NCBI GenBank assembly: GCA_947466585.1
Contig: CANIEU010000009.1
Coordinates: 14,923 to 78,922, forward strand
Origin: Fibrobacterota bacterium
GTDB taxonomy: Bacteria > Fibrobacterota > Fibrobacteria > UBA11236
Length of the DNA: 64,000 nucleotides
Reading direction: 5' to 3'
Numbering within the stretch: position 1 is the first letter of the stretch; every line of letters starts with the position of its first letter. This document shows, in pieces, positions 30,230-39,801 of the stretch. The notes under the pieces are model-generated. The model made no database searches and was not told where the DNA came from. It saw nothing but the letters and a program-made list of their open reading frames with translations. The position numbers and the translations under genes were made by a program.

Positions 30230-31021
30230 ATGCGCATAGACGTCATCACGCTTTTCCCTGAAATGTTCGAGGCACTCAGCGCCAGCATTCCGGGGCGCGC
30301 CATGACGGCGGGGGCGCTGGAATTACACACGCATCAACTGCGGAACCACGCCATTAACAAGCACAACCAGGTCGACGACGCCCCCTACGGTGGCGAAGCG
30401 GGCATGGTGCTGCGGCCCGAACCGTTGCGCGACGCGCTGCAAGCCCTGCTGGCAAACGTTTCCGAACCCGATACGCTCCCGGGCGCTGCCCGGGAAAAGC
30501 CCCGCGTGATTCTGATGAGCGCGCAGGGGAGACTGCTCGATCAACAACGCGCCGCCGAAATCGCTGCGATGGAGCGCGTGGTTCTCGTCTGCGGACATTA
30601 CAAGGGTGTGGATCAGCGCTTCGTCGACACCTACGTCGACGAGCAAATCTGCGTCGGTGAATACGTGCTCTCGGGCGGAGAATTGCCCGCCATGGTGTTG
30701 ATCGATGCCGTGGCGCGCCTGTTGCCCGGCGTGATCGGCGATATCGAATCCGCCGACACCGATTCGTTTGCGCGCCCGGGTCGACTGGGTTGGCCGGTGT
30801 ATACGCGCCCCGCCCACTTCGAAGGAAAAAGCGCTCCCGAAGTTTTGCTTTCGGGGCATCACGCCCTGATCGAAACCTGGCGGACGCTCGAAAGTTTGCG
30901 GCTTACCCGCGAGAACCGACCCGACTTGTTGGAGCGTTTTCCGGTAACCCAAGCCGAGCAAAACCTGATGGATCCGCCCCGGAAGAAGCGTAAATCCCGC
31001 CGTCCGGCCACTGGAGAATAA
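30230..31021 (+). CDS. trmD: tRNA (guanine-N1)-methyltransferase
   Basis: TLFPEMF, VDDAPYGG, CGHYKGVDQR, YVLSGGE, YTRP and LLSGHH motifs. Confidence 0.96.
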   Translation: MRIDVITLFPEMFEALSASIPGRAMTAGALELHTHQLRNHAINKHNQVDDAPYGGEAGMVLRPEPLRDALQALLANVSEPDTLPGAAREKPRVILMSAQGRLLDQQRAAEIAAMERVVLVCGHYKGVDQRFVDTYVDEQICVGEYVLSGGELPAMVLIDAVARLLPGVIGDIESADTDSFARPGRLGWPVYTRPAHFEGKSAPEVLLSGHHALIETWRTLESLRLTRENRPDLLERFPVTQAEQNLMDPPRKKRKSRRPATGE

Positions 31022-31174
31022 CGCTTTTTTAGTTAATTAGTCGATTTTAGCTAGAAGTGCCGAGATCTAGTCCCAATCTCCTGAGCAAGGTAAAATCGAT
31101 TATTTGATTCGTTAAATCGGTAAATAAGCTTTAAAAAAGCCATATCCCCATAATATTTCGATACTATAGGGATA

Positions 31175-32236
31175 ATGATTGAAACCGAAACGGACTTCCT
31201 TACCACCTCGCAGGCCGCTCTTTTACTCCAAGTTCACGAATCCTCTGTGAAGCGGTGGAGCAACTCGGGCGAACTGAAACTCGAAAAAACCTCCGGCGGT
31301 CACCGCCGTATTCGTTTCGAGGCGCTTCTCGATTTCGCCCGGGCCAAGGATCCGGGAGGAGATCTCTTGTTCTTCGCCCCGCACGAAGAGGAAGTCGCAC
31401 GCGCGGCGCTCGATGCCCGCGACCGCAATCAGTTCGACGGGGTGGGCGAACTGATCCTGCGCTTTTGCGACACGGAACCTCCGCGTTGGCTCGCTCATCT
31501 GATCCGCTACCTGGAGGGACCGTGCGGCATTCCCCTCACGCGCATCTTCGACGCCGGCATCGGCGGGGCGCTGGCCGATGTCGGCACCCAATGGCAAAAC
31601 GGGTCGCGCACGATCGCGCTCGAACACCGCTTCACTCAAAAGATCCTCGACGCCCTGCATGCCATTCTCACCCATCTCGAAGATGTGGACGACGCCGAAG
31701 AATCGGCGGAGCAAGCCTTGCGTGCGGTGCATGCCCTGGATCCCAAAAACGCAGTAGCATCGGATCGAGGAACCGTGGAAGGGCGCAAGCGCCCCCATGC
31801 GGTGGTGGGTTGCTCCGAGGGCTGCCACCATGAGATCGGCGCCTTGATGGCGCGCATCCTGTTGCAACGCGCCGGCTGGAGCGTAACCTATCTCGGTGCC
31901 AACGTGCCGTTCGAAGAGATGGCCGGTATTCAGGAGCTGGAACGCGCGCAAGTGATGTGCGTTTCTTTCGTGTCGCCGCTGGGTGCTGGGGATGTGCGCC
32001 GCTGCCTCAAAGTGCTGAACGCCTTGCAACAGCCCAATGCGCCCTATCGGCTCGTCACCGGAGGCCTGTCGTACCTTGCGGGCACCGAAGACCAGTATGA
32101 AACGCGCATCCCCATCAAGTTCGTGGAATCCATGGAAGGCTTTGAGCGGTGGTTCCGCACACAATTTGCCAAGGAGTTGGCGCGAGCCGCCAATTTCCGC
32201 AATGCAGTGGCCGGGGTCGCTGGGGTACCCCGATGA
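31175..32236 (+). CDS. CarH/LitR-like regulator (N-terminal HTH plus cobalamin-binding domain)
   Basis: HTH with SVKRW...T.GGHRR; W-x9-EH (WQNGSRTIALEH); EGCHHEIGA and YLGANVP; first gene of the crt operon. Confidence 0.85.
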   Translation: MIETETDFLTTSQAALLLQVHESSVKRWSNSGELKLEKTSGGHRRIRFEALLDFARAKDPGGDLLFFAPHEEEVARAALDARDRNQFDGVGELILRFCDTEPPRWLAHLIRYLEGPCGIPLTRIFDAGIGGALADVGTQWQNGSRTIALEHRFTQKILDALHAILTHLEDVDDAEESAEQALRAVHALDPKNAVASDRGTVEGRKRPHAVVGCSEGCHHEIGALMARILLQRAGWSVTYLGANVPFEEMAGIQELERAQVMCVSFVSPLGAGDVRRCLKVLNALQQPNAPYRLVTGGLSYLAGTEDQYETRIPIKFVESMEGFERWFRTQFAKELARAANFRNAVAGVAGVPR

Positions 32237-34026
32237 AGGCCGCGATGAATGATGAGATGAATCGTAACAGGAAATGTGACATGCCTTCCAAGATGTCCAT
32301 TGAGGACAATCAATCGAGCCTGCCCGCATGGTTGCGCGCGCAATCCGATACCTTGTCCACCGAAACCTCGATGGAATATCTAGCGCGGCACAGTCACTCC
32401 TTCCGCTATGCCGCGCGCTTTTTACCCCCGCCGTTCGACACGCATGTCGCCGATGTGTACGCCTTTTGCCGATTCACCGACGATCTGGTCGACGGGTCCA
32501 CGCTGCCTGTTCCCGAGTTGCGCGCGCGCCTCTCCGACTGGCGGCGCTTGGCGCAACAAGCGCATAGAGGAGTGCCCACGGGCTTCGCTCTGCTCGACCG
32601 CCCCCTGATCGACATGGGGCGGCGCGGCATCCCCTTTGATTACGCCAGCGAGTTGATCGCTGGTGTGGCCATGGATTTGGAGCCGCGCCGCTACGCCACA
32701 CTCGCAGAACTCGATCTTTACAGTTACCGCGTGGCCTCAGTGGTAGGCCTGTGGCTCACCCGGCTCGTCGGAGTGAACGATCCGCAGGTACTGAAGCGTG
32801 CCGCCGATCTGGGTCACGCCATGCAGGTGACCAATATCCTCCGGGATGTGGGGGAGGACTGGGCCGTGGGTCGTTTGTATCTGCCGCTCGATGTGCTGGC
32901 CCGTCATGGAGTTCGCGAGGAAGACTTGGCAGAGTCCATGGCTTCCGCATCCGTCGATTCCCTTCCTCTGGGCTGGCAGGGTGCGATGGAAGAACTGATG
33001 TCCCTCGCCGATGCCCGCTACTGGAGTGCCTTCGGTGCGATTCCCGCCTTGCCCCGGTTTTTCCGCGTTCCCGTCGCGGTGTCGGGTCTTGTGTATCGCG
33101 ACATCCACACCGCCATCCGCCGCAACCGGTATGACAACCTGCGCTGCCGGGCACACACCTCGCGCACTCGTAAACTGTGGCTGGGCCTGAAGGCCCGCAT
33201 GCAAGTGGGCCTTTCAGGTATCGGCATCGGAGTCGAACGAGAGCAGGTGACTTCGCATTCCCTCAAGGACGCGCCGGAAAGTGCGGCAGCGCGGGGGTTC
33301 AGCCTGCGGAAGGCCGGCCTGCGCATCGTGCTACCGCTGTTCCTGTTGTTGTTGCTGTTTCTCGCGGGTGCCGCCGCAGGTTCGGCGCAGCCTCAAACTC
33401 CGCCCGCGCTCGAGTCGAGCGCAGAAGCGCGGGCGCGCCGGGAGTTGACTCGCATCGAGACCGAAATGCGGGGGCAACCGGAGAACCTCGATCTGCAGCT
33501 GCAACGCCTGCGTATTTTGCATCCCCTCAGCGTTCAGGATGCGGCGCTGCTGCCCGTGTCGCGGTCGGCGCGCGATCAGGCCGAACGCACGGTACGTGAA
33601 AATCCGGGAACGGCGCTGCAATCCAAGCAGCGTGGGGCAGAGCCGCTCAACCTGCTGCTGGCCTACGCAGGCGCGCTCGACGTGGTGGAAGCGCGCCATG
33701 CCTTTTGGCCGCGGGCCCGCCTCGAACCCTTGGAGCGCGGATTGCCGCGACTCGATTCGGCGGTGCAGCGCGATCCCGACAACGCCGAGATCCGTTATTT
33801 AAGACTCACCAGCAGCTATTACCTGCCGTTTTTTCTGGGGCGCAAATGGAGCGTGCGCGAAGATTTTAAGGCGTTGGCGGAATTGTTGCCGCGCGCGCGC
33901 GACGCCTACCCGGCGGAGTGGTATGCCGCCATCACCGATTTCGTACTGGAGAAGGGCGATCTCGGCGAGCGCGAGAGAAGCCGGTTGCAACGCGCGCGGC
34001 GCGAAGCGTTCGCGCGGAACCCGTGA
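32233..34026 (+). CDS. crtB: Phytoene synthase fused to a TM/signal-like segment and a ~215-aa helical domain
   Basis: HSHSF, YAFCRFTDDLVD, YRVASVVG and AMQVTNILRDVGED..GRLYLP motifs; no stop before IVLPLFLLLLLFLAG and the following domain; ATGA overlap with the regulator. Confidence 0.85.
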   Translation: MKAAMNDEMNRNRKCDMPSKMSIEDNQSSLPAWLRAQSDTLSTETSMEYLARHSHSFRYAARFLPPPFDTHVADVYAFCRFTDDLVDGSTLPVPELRARLSDWRRLAQQAHRGVPTGFALLDRPLIDMGRRGIPFDYASELIAGVAMDLEPRRYATLAELDLYSYRVASVVGLWLTRLVGVNDPQVLKRAADLGHAMQVTNILRDVGEDWAVGRLYLPLDVLARHGVREEDLAESMASASVDSLPLGWQGAMEELMSLADARYWSAFGAIPALPRFFRVPVAVSGLVYRDIHTAIRRNRYDNLRCRAHTSRTRKLWLGLKARMQVGLSGIGIGVEREQVTSHSLKDAPESAAARGFSLRKAGLRIVLPLFLLLLLFLAGAAAGSAQPQTPPALESSAEARARRELTRIETEMRGQPENLDLQLQRLRILHPLSVQDAALLPVSRSARDQAERTVRENPGTALQSKQRGAEPLNLLLAYAGALDVVEARHAFWPRARLEPLERGLPRLDSAVQRDPDNAEIRYLRLTSSYYLPFFLGRKWSVREDFKALAELLPRARDAYPAEWYAAITDFVLEKGDLGERERSRLQRARREAFARNP

Positions 34027-34814
34027 TGCGTATCGATATGTCTCAATCCCTCCCTGTTTTTTCGAACCTGCTTGCGCGCGGCTTCGAAATCGTATTTGAC
34101 CTTGTGAAGAGTGTCGGCCTCGCCGGGGTGCATTGGAGCATCCCCGCTGGCCTGGCGCAGCGCCTGCCGGCCGATCGACCCGTGGTGCTGTTCGGAAACC
34201 ACTCCAGCAATTGGGATGGTTTTCTGTACCGTGACCTGCAAAAGAAACTGCGCCCCGGCATGCCGATCTACAGCCTGATGCTCGAGCGTGAATTGCGGCG
34301 TCTGCCGCTCTTTCGTGCCCTGGGCGGCATCGGTATTGATTCGACCTCTCCCGGCTCCGTGGCTCGTGCCTTGCGGTCTGCAAGAGCGCTGCGAGGGCCC
34401 TCTTTTACTTCCGCCGGCTTTTTCTTCAGCGTGTTTCCGCAAGGCTCCACCTATCCCGCCGGCAAACGCCCGCTGGGATTTCAGGAAGGCCTCCGGCACT
34501 TTGCAAAAGCGCTGGGCCCGGTGACCTTGTTGCCGGTGGCGTTGCAATTCGAACTGCTGGGCAGCGTGCGTCCGCATGCCTTTGTTTCCGTAGGCGAGCC
34601 GATCGCGGTTCCAGAATCCGCGGGGAAGGTCATTGACCTCGGCTCCATTCCCTCGCTCGATGTGCTCGAAGCACAGGTGACGGCTCTGTTGGATGGGCTG
34701 AACGCCGATCTCTCGGCACGCGGCGAAGCCGCGGTTTCAATACCTGGCGAAGCCACGGTTTCAATGCCGGGCGAAGCGGCGGTATCCAACGTAGTAGGGG
34801 AGAGTCCCGTATGA
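34026..34814 (+). CDS. PlsC-like acyltransferase (probable carotenoid glycoside acyltransferase)
   Basis: NHSSNWD (HX4D) and FPQG motifs; TGATG coupling to crtB. Confidence 0.8.
   Translation: MRIDMSQSLPVFSNLLARGFEIVFDLVKSVGLAGVHWSIPAGLAQRLPADRPVVLFGNHSSNWDGFLYRDLQKKLRPGMPIYSLMLERELRRLPLFRALGGIGIDSTSPGSVARALRSARALRGPSFTSAGFFFSVFPQGSTYPAGKRPLGFQEGLRHFAKALGPVTLLPVALQFELLGSVRPHAFVSVGEPIAVPESAGKVIDLGSIPSLDVLEAQVTALLDGLNADLSARGEAAVSIPGEATVSMPGEAAVSNVVGESPV
34721..34792 (+). repeat. 24-bp in-frame tandem repeat, 3 copies
   Basis: Encodes GEAAVSIP GEATVSMP GEAAVSNV. Confidence 0.8.
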
Positions 34815-36022
34815 TCGCTGCCCTGTTGCATGCCGGCTTCTTCGCCGCAAACCTCGAGTCGGTAGCGGCCACCGCTTCGTTGTGCATCCTTGCGGGCATG
34901 GTTTGCATGGTCGTATTCAACACCCTGACTGCGCCACGCGCAGGGGGCCAAAAGTCGCCAACGGTGTTCCCGAAGGTGAGTTTGCTGGTGCCCGCGCGCA
35001 ACGAGGCGCACAACGTGCCCATTCTCGCCGCGCATTTCGAAAAGCTGGAGTATCCGAATTTGGAGATCATTCTCCTCGACGATGCTTCCGACGATGGCAC
35101 GGGGGCGGCGCTCGGAGATCTGGTAAACCTCCCGGCATTGCGCGGGCGCGCCCGCTCGTTGCGGGGCGCAGAATTGCCCACCGGTTGGCTCGGGAAAAAC
35201 TGGGCCTGTCATCAACTCGCTCAAACTTCCTCGGGAGATGTGCTGATCTTTTGCGATGCCGATGCGCGCCCCGGGCCGCAAGCGGTGACCCGCACCGTGG
35301 CGTTGTTGGAACACTATGGCGTCGGCTGCGCCACCTTGATGCCGCGCCAGGTGCTCGGGTCGTGGGCCGAGCGCGCGGTGATTCCGGTACTGCTGCACAT
35401 CTCGCTGTTCTGCTTCCTTCCCATCGCCCTCGTGCCGCGCCTGCGCTGGAAGCGCCTCGGGGTGGGGAACGGGCAATGGCTTTCGTTCCGTCGCTCCGCA
35501 TACGCCGCGGTGGGCGGCCATGCGGGCGTGCGCGACAAGGTGGTGGAAGATATCGCCCTTGCGCAGCGTGCCCAGACCCATGGAAACGGTCTGGTCGTGG
35601 GGTTGGCGACCGATACGCTTGCCGTGCGCATGTACCGAAACTTCCGCGAAGTGTGGGATGGTTTCGGCAAAAACGTGTTCGTGCTCACAGGCGGTACGCT
35701 GTGGCAGACGCCGTTCTTCGGCTTGTTTTTTGCGCTGATCCACATTCTTCCCTGGCTGCTCTTCCTCCTGCATCCGCAGTTGTGGGGGCTGCCGCTCGCT
35801 TTGCTTTTGGTTTGTCGCGTGCTCACCGCCCGTGCCTTGGGCGAACCGCTGGGGGCCATTGCCGGACAAGTCGCCGGGTCCATCCTGGTTCCCCTCATCG
35901 TCGCGCGCTCGCTGTTCGATTTCCGTTTTCATCGCCTGCAGTGGAAGGGCCGCATTCTGAATGCCGGTCCGCCTCCGGTGCAAAGTTTGGCCCAGAATCG
36001 GGCCTCCAAGGAGTCTTTGTGA
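34811..36022 (+). CDS. GT2 glycosyltransferase (CrtQ/CruC-like carotenoid glycosyltransferase)
   Basis: VPARNE, DD.S.DGT, GWLGKNWAC, DAD, NGQ, VEDI and RMY......GF.KN motifs; C-terminal TMs. Confidence 0.85.
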   Translation: MIAALLHAGFFAANLESVAATASLCILAGMVCMVVFNTLTAPRAGGQKSPTVFPKVSLLVPARNEAHNVPILAAHFEKLEYPNLEIILLDDASDDGTGAALGDLVNLPALRGRARSLRGAELPTGWLGKNWACHQLAQTSSGDVLIFCDADARPGPQAVTRTVALLEHYGVGCATLMPRQVLGSWAERAVIPVLLHISLFCFLPIALVPRLRWKRLGVGNGQWLSFRRSAYAAVGGHAGVRDKVVEDIALAQRAQTHGNGLVVGLATDTLAVRMYRNFREVWDGFGKNVFVLTGGTLWQTPFFGLFFALIHILPWLLFLLHPQLWGLPLALLLVCRVLTARALGEPLGAIAGQVAGSILVPLIVARSLFDFRFHRLQWKGRILNAGPPPVQSLAQNRASKESL

Positions 36023-37551
36023 ATTCCGTGACCGAACAAAAAAAAGGGGCAGTGCCCCGAACCGCCATCGTGATCGGCTCCGGCTTCGGCGGGCTGTCCG
36101 CCGCTATTCGCCTGCAAAGCCGGGGTATTCAGGTCACACTGGTGGAGCAACGGGAAAAGGTCGGCGGCCGCGCCTACCAAATGAAAGAAGGCGGGTACAC
36201 CTTCGACATGGGCCCGTCCCTCATCACCGCGCCGCAGATCCTCGACAAGGTGTTTGCCTGTGCGGGCACATCGTTGTCGGCAGCCTTGCCGCTGTTGCCG
36301 CTCGATCCGTTTTACCGCGTGTTCTTTCACGATCACAGCCGCTTCGAGTACAACGGATCCCCGGAAGGCATGAAGGCGCAGATGCGCCAGTACAATGCCG
36401 CCGATGCGGACCGCTACGACGATTTCATGAAGGCCGTGGCGCCCATTTATGCGGAAGTGATCGAGAAGGGATTGGGCAGTCGTTCCTTCGGGAATCCCTG
36501 GACGATGATTCGTTTTATCCCCACGGTGATTCGCCTCGGGGCGTGGCGTACTGCGACGCAATTCGCCAACAAGTACTTCAAGGACTGGCGTCACCGCTTC
36601 GTGTTCAGCTTCCATTCGCTGTACATCGGCGGCAACCCGTTTCACTGCCCGGCGATTTACCAGATGATTCCGTTTTTGGAGCGGGCACAGGGTGTCTGGT
36701 ACACGCCGGGCGGCATGTATTCGTTGACGCGGGCACTGGAAAAGGCCTTTATCGGACTCGGTGGTGTGGTGCGCACGTCCACCCCGGTAACGCGCATCCG
36801 GGTTGAAGGAGGCAGAGCGACCGGTGTAGAAATTCCGGAGGGATTCCTTCCCGCCGATCTGGTGGTGAGCAACGCCGACGTGGGATTCACCTACGCGAAA
36901 CTGATCGCACCGGAGCATCGCCGCAAGTGGACTGACGCGAAGGTGAACCGTCAGGAATTCACGATGAGTTGCTTCCTGATCTTCTTGGGCGTGAAGAAGC
37001 GCTATCCGGAATTGGCCCATCATACCCTGATTCTGGCGGAGCGCTATAAGGATCTGTTGAAAGACATTTTCAAGAACAAGATTCTGCCTGGTGATTTCAG
37101 CATGTACGTGCACGCGCCCACGCGCACCGACGACACCATGGCGCCGCCAGGGTGCGAGAGTCTGATGGTGCTGGTTCCGGTGGCGAATCAGGCGTCGGGT
37201 ATCGACTGGAAGACTCAGGCGCAGCCCTATGCGGACAAGATCCTGGACTTTTTGGAACAGTGGGGTTTGACTGATTTACGGGAGAACCTGGAAGTCTTTA
37301 AGCTGTTCACGCCCGATGATTTCGAATCGGAGCTTTCGGCGTGGCGGGGCAATGCCTTCGGCATCGAGCCGCGTTTGTCGCAGACGGGTTACTTCCGCCC
37401 GCACAACCGGAGCGAGGATCTGGCGGGGTTGTACTTTACCGGGGCGGGCACGCATCCCGGCGCGGGTGTTCCCGGCGTGATGCTTTCTGCCGAGGCCGCA
37501 GAGCGGTGTATCGTCGAGGATTGGCCCGCGTTAACGAAGAAAGGTTTATGA
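36019..37551 (+). CDS. crtI: Phytoene desaturase family protein
   Basis: GTG start after AAGGAG; IGSGFGGL, FDMGPSLIT, FRPHN and GAGTHPGAGVPGV motifs. Confidence 0.9.
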   Translation: MNSVTEQKKGAVPRTAIVIGSGFGGLSAAIRLQSRGIQVTLVEQREKVGGRAYQMKEGGYTFDMGPSLITAPQILDKVFACAGTSLSAALPLLPLDPFYRVFFHDHSRFEYNGSPEGMKAQMRQYNAADADRYDDFMKAVAPIYAEVIEKGLGSRSFGNPWTMIRFIPTVIRLGAWRTATQFANKYFKDWRHRFVFSFHSLYIGGNPFHCPAIYQMIPFLERAQGVWYTPGGMYSLTRALEKAFIGLGGVVRTSTPVTRIRVEGGRATGVEIPEGFLPADLVVSNADVGFTYAKLIAPEHRRKWTDAKVNRQEFTMSCFLIFLGVKKRYPELAHHTLILAERYKDLLKDIFKNKILPGDFSMYVHAPTRTDDTMAPPGCESLMVLVPVANQASGIDWKTQAQPYADKILDFLEQWGLTDLRENLEVFKLFTPDDFESELSAWRGNAFGIEPRLSQTGYFRPHNRSEDLAGLYFTGAGTHPGAGVPGVMLSAEAAERCIVEDWPALTKKGL

Positions 37552-37554
37552 GGG

Positions 37555-37847
37555 TTGTCGTGGAAGGAGATCGGACAACCAGTTCGTGCTCGGAGCGGCT
37601 CCGCTCCGGACGCTATAAACAGGCCCTGCGGGCCAGTTTGTCGCTAGGCTATCCGGTGCTCGCCGCTCTTCCGCGCGAACCGGTGCGCCCGCTCTCCACG
37701 ATGACAGTTTGCAAGCTTTCCCAGATCAAAACACCTTGGCACGACCGCCGGGCGGAGGCGGAAAAACTTCTCGAAGCGGAGCGAGACGCGGGGTCCCCTC
37801 TGGGGACGTCGAGCGAGCATCGAAAGTTTTTCCGTCGACCATCCCGG
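37555..37847. repeat. Two long imperfect hairpin elements between crtI and the cyclase
   Basis: GTCGTGGA(37557)...TCCACGAT(37702); CGGAAAAACTT(37759)...AAGTTTTTCCG(37834) with apical GTCCCC-TCT-GGGGAC. Confidence 0.65.
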
Positions 37848-37879
37848 CGCATGCACGAGCCCTCGTTTGGAAATGGTCG

Positions 37880-38602
37880 ATGAGTTTCTGGAATTCTCAC
37901 CTCACATACCTCACGATCGACCTGCTCACGATCGCGTTTCCGCTCGCGTACAGCTTTACCGCACGGTCGGGCTTCAGCAAGCACCTGGGTCGCGTATGCG
38001 CGGCCATCGCATTGGTCGCCGTCCCCATGCTCGTCTGGGACGCCGTGTTTACGGCCCACGGAGTCTGGGGATTCAATCGAGATTACATCCTCGGCTTCTC
38101 TCCATTCGGGTTACCGGTGGAGGAAATCCTCTTCTTCCTCTGCATTCCCTTCGCCTGCCTGTTCATCTACGACACCGTTAAAAATTTCCCCCGCCTCGCA
38201 CTGCCCGAACGCCCCGTCCGCATTCTTGCCGGCCTGCTCGCCGTCGTGTTGATCGCGTTCGCTACGGCGAACACACACCGCGCCTACACGCTGCTCGCCT
38301 GCCTCGGCGCCGCGCCTTTCCTGGTCGCCCTCGCCGCTGGTCACCTCCGCTTTCGCCTCGGCCACATCGCCAGTGCCTACATGTTCCACCTGATTCCGTT
38401 CTTCCTCGTCAACGGAATCTTGACCGGCATGTTTACCGCGCAACCCGTGGTGTGGTACAACAACGCCGAAAACCTCGGCATCCGTTTGGGCAGCATTCCC
38501 ATTGAAGATGCCGCATACTCCATGATCCTACTGTTCGGTGCGATCTTTCTACTGGAACGACCGACCTCGCAGAAAACCGAAAAACCCGGAAGCCCACTGT
38601 GA
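37880..38602 (+). CDS. Membrane lycopene cyclase (fused CrtYc/d-type, two repeats)
   Basis: WD......GVWGFN and P.EE.LFF, second repeat with VVWYN and IPIED; highly hydrophobic. Confidence 0.85.
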   Translation: MSFWNSHLTYLTIDLLTIAFPLAYSFTARSGFSKHLGRVCAAIALVAVPMLVWDAVFTAHGVWGFNRDYILGFSPFGLPVEEILFFLCIPFACLFIYDTVKNFPRLALPERPVRILAGLLAVVLIAFATANTHRAYTLLACLGAAPFLVALAAGHLRFRLGHIASAYMFHLIPFFLVNGILTGMFTAQPVVWYNNAENLGIRLGSIPIEDAAYSMILLFGAIFLLERPTSQKTEKPGSPL

Positions 38603-39039
38603 TTCTCGACCTGCTGATTTTCTTCTCCGTCTTTTTTCTGATGGAAGCTGTCGCCTGGGCCGCGCACAAATACGTGATGCACGGGTTTTTGTGGTCGCTG
38701 CATGAATCGCACCATCTGCCGCGCACGGGGGCGTTCGAGAAGAACGACTGGTTCGGCGCGTTCTTCAGCTTGGTGGCCATGGCGCTGTTCGCGGCGGGGT
38801 ATTTCATCGACGTCCGCTTTACCGCGGCGGGGTTGGGCATGACGGCGTACGGCTTCGCCTACCTGTTTCTGCACGACATTCTCAATCACAAACGTTTCGG
38901 AATTCACATCAAGCCGAACAATCGTTATCTGCGGTCCGTGCTGCAGTCCCATCGCATCCACCATGCGACCCAGGGCAAGGACGGCTGCGTGTCGTTCGGG
39001 TTTCTGGTACCGATGCGAGCCAAAAGGCGCATTTTTTAA
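38599..39039 (+). CDS. crtZ: Beta-carotene hydroxylase
   Basis: ME..AW..HKYVMHG.LW.LHESHH, FEKND, HD, H.IHH and VSFGFL motifs. Confidence 0.92.
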   Translation: MILDLLIFFSVFFLMEAVAWAAHKYVMHGFLWSLHESHHLPRTGAFEKNDWFGAFFSLVAMALFAAGYFIDVRFTAAGLGMTAYGFAYLFLHDILNHKRFGIHIKPNNRYLRSVLQSHRIHHATQGKDGCVSFGFLVPMRAKRRIF

Positions 39040-39213
39040 AAAAACCGCTCCGGATTCGTCGGAACAGGCGCTTTTTTGCCGGCCCGAATTGGCAATTTCG
39101 GCCACAATTCCTATCATTTCGCCCCAATCTTACCGGATGCGCGTGTTACGGGTTCCAAGGAACCGACCGCTGTCCAGACGGCTTTTGAGAAATTTTCGAG
39201 AAGGAAACGTGCC

Positions 39214-39582
39214 ATGCATCCCAAAATCGCCCTCGTCCACGCCAGCGTTCACCGCACCGATCTGCCGGAATTCCGTTCCGGCGACACCGTCAGCGTCGAC
39301 TTCAAGGTTATCGAAGGCAACAAGGAGCGCGTCCAGACCTTCACGGGCGTTGTGATCCAACGCCGCGGTTCCGGCGTGTCGGCCACCTTCACGGTGCGCA
39401 AGATCTCGAACGGCATCTCGGTGGAGCGTATTTTCCCGCTCGAGTCGCCCCGCCTCACCGGCATCAAGGTCAGCCGCCTCGGCAAGGTCCGTCGCGCCCG
39501 TATCTTCTACATGCGCGGACTGTCTGGCAAGAGTGCCCGCATCAAGGAGCGCAAGGTTCCTTACGCTGGCAAGAAGGCGTAA
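39214..39582 (+). CDS. rplS: 50S ribosomal protein L19
   Basis: [26 protein letters not shown] and GKVRRA motifs; ATG 39214 after AAGGA. Confidence 0.96.
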   Translation: MHPKIALVHASVHRTDLPEFRSGDTVSVDFKVIEGNKERVQTFTGVVIQRRGSGVSATFTVRKISNGISVERIFPLESPRLTGIKVSRLGKVRRARIFYMRGLSGKSARIKERKVPYAGKKA

Positions 39583-39608
39583 GAAGCTCTTTCCGAGCAA
39601 ACACAATG

Positions 39609-39645
39609 ACCCGCTTTCGGCTCGCGCCGGAGCGGGTTTTTTGTT
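39609..39645 (+). terminator. Intrinsic terminator after rplS
   Basis: ACCCGCTTTCGG...CCGGAGCGGG followed by a T-run. Confidence 0.8.
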
Positions 39646-39656
39646 GCCTAGAAGTG

Positions 39657-39784
39657 GAGTGGTTAGTGGATAGTGAATAGGGTGCTGTGGCTGGAGAGGT
39701 GACTCGTGTTTCGAGAAAACTACCCGCAGCATCCTTATTTGCATGTCTAACCACTATCCACTACCCACTATCCACTAACCACTC
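39657..39784. repeat. Heptamer-array inverted-repeat element (TAGTGGN / NCCACTA)
   Basis: GAGTGGTTAGTGGATAGTG (39657-75) is the exact reverse complement of CACTATCCACTAACCACTC (39766-84). Confidence 0.85.
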
Positions 39785-39801
39785 TTATCTACCTTCCCTC
39801 C

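Noticed and set aside
34882..36018. 889-aa ORF suggesting a long N-terminal extension of CrtI
   Set aside because: The extension is an Arg/Ala-rich shadow frame over the GT2 gene; CrtI has its own AAGGAG RBS and GTG at 36019.
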